NCBI GenBank assembly: GCA_036785375.1
Contig: JAWMAR010000076.1
Coordinates: 7,812,001 to 7,876,000, forward strand
From: Leucoraja ocellata
Lineage: Eukaryota
Direction of reading: 5' to 3'
Length of the DNA: 64,000 bases
Shown here: in pieces, positions 63,774 to 64,000 of the stretch
How the letters are laid out: each line of letters opens with the position of its first letter
Numbering within the stretch: the stretch's first letter is position 1
Translations under genes and position numbers: made by a program
The notes under the pieces: model-generated
What the model saw: the letters and a program-made list of their open reading frames with translations, nothing else
The model's database searches: none
What the model was told of the DNA's origin: nothing

Positions 63774-64000
63774 GTCTAACAGCAAACACAGTCATGATCC
63801 AATCCCCAGGAGCTCTGGTGGTGCGTGAAGGTGAAACAGTGGAGATACGGTGTGTCCTGAACAGCACCAATGTGAAAGTCATTGTGAAATCATTCCACGT
63901 TCACTGGTACAACTCACGTAATGGAGGAATCAAACTTAGTCTTTTGGTCAATGGCATCACTTACAGGTCACTGGGCTTCTCCGAGCGATTTCAGCTTTCC
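63774..64000 (+). CDS. Paralogous V exon, gene 2 (truncated by the window end)
   Basis: ccatag|GT CTA... encodes GLTANTVMIQSPGALVVREGETVEIRCVLNSTNVKVIVKSFHVHWYNSRNGGIKLSLLVNGITYRSLGFSERFQLS, colinear with the gene 1 V exon. Confidence 0.9.

Overview
Eukaryotic vertebrate genomic DNA, very likely a cartilaginous fish (skate/ray), judged from abundant HE1/V-SINE-type SINEs, CR1 LINEs and Penelope-derived hairpins. Coordinates were read by eye; transposon boundaries are approximate. (1) 3.9-19.5 kb: five coding exons of a neuronal nicotinic acetylcholine receptor alpha subunit, best matching CHRNA2. The signal-peptide exon is not visible. (2) 23.7-33.5 kb: a complete, hand-assembled 7-exon gene encoding a 239-aa type I membrane protein. 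It has a leader, a single germline-joined V-J Ig domain (no RSS), a stalk Cys, a TM helix with a Glu, a YEN motif, and a canonical ITAM (YMDL-x7-YGHL) split by an intron at the position used in DAP12/FcRgamma/CD79. (3) A diverged paralogue begins further on (putative leader 42.6 kb, V exon 63.8 kb, running off the window), and a V-J pseudo-fragment lies in intron 2 of the first copy. Together these suggest a tandem family of non-rearranging, antigen-receptor-like activating receptors next to CHRNA2. The remainder is mostly nested transposable elements, plus an inverted duplication and a hidden 159-aa ORF interrupted by two CR1 insertions. N gaps: 3704-3903, 17513-17982, 46137-46288, 46380-46565, 62625-62752.
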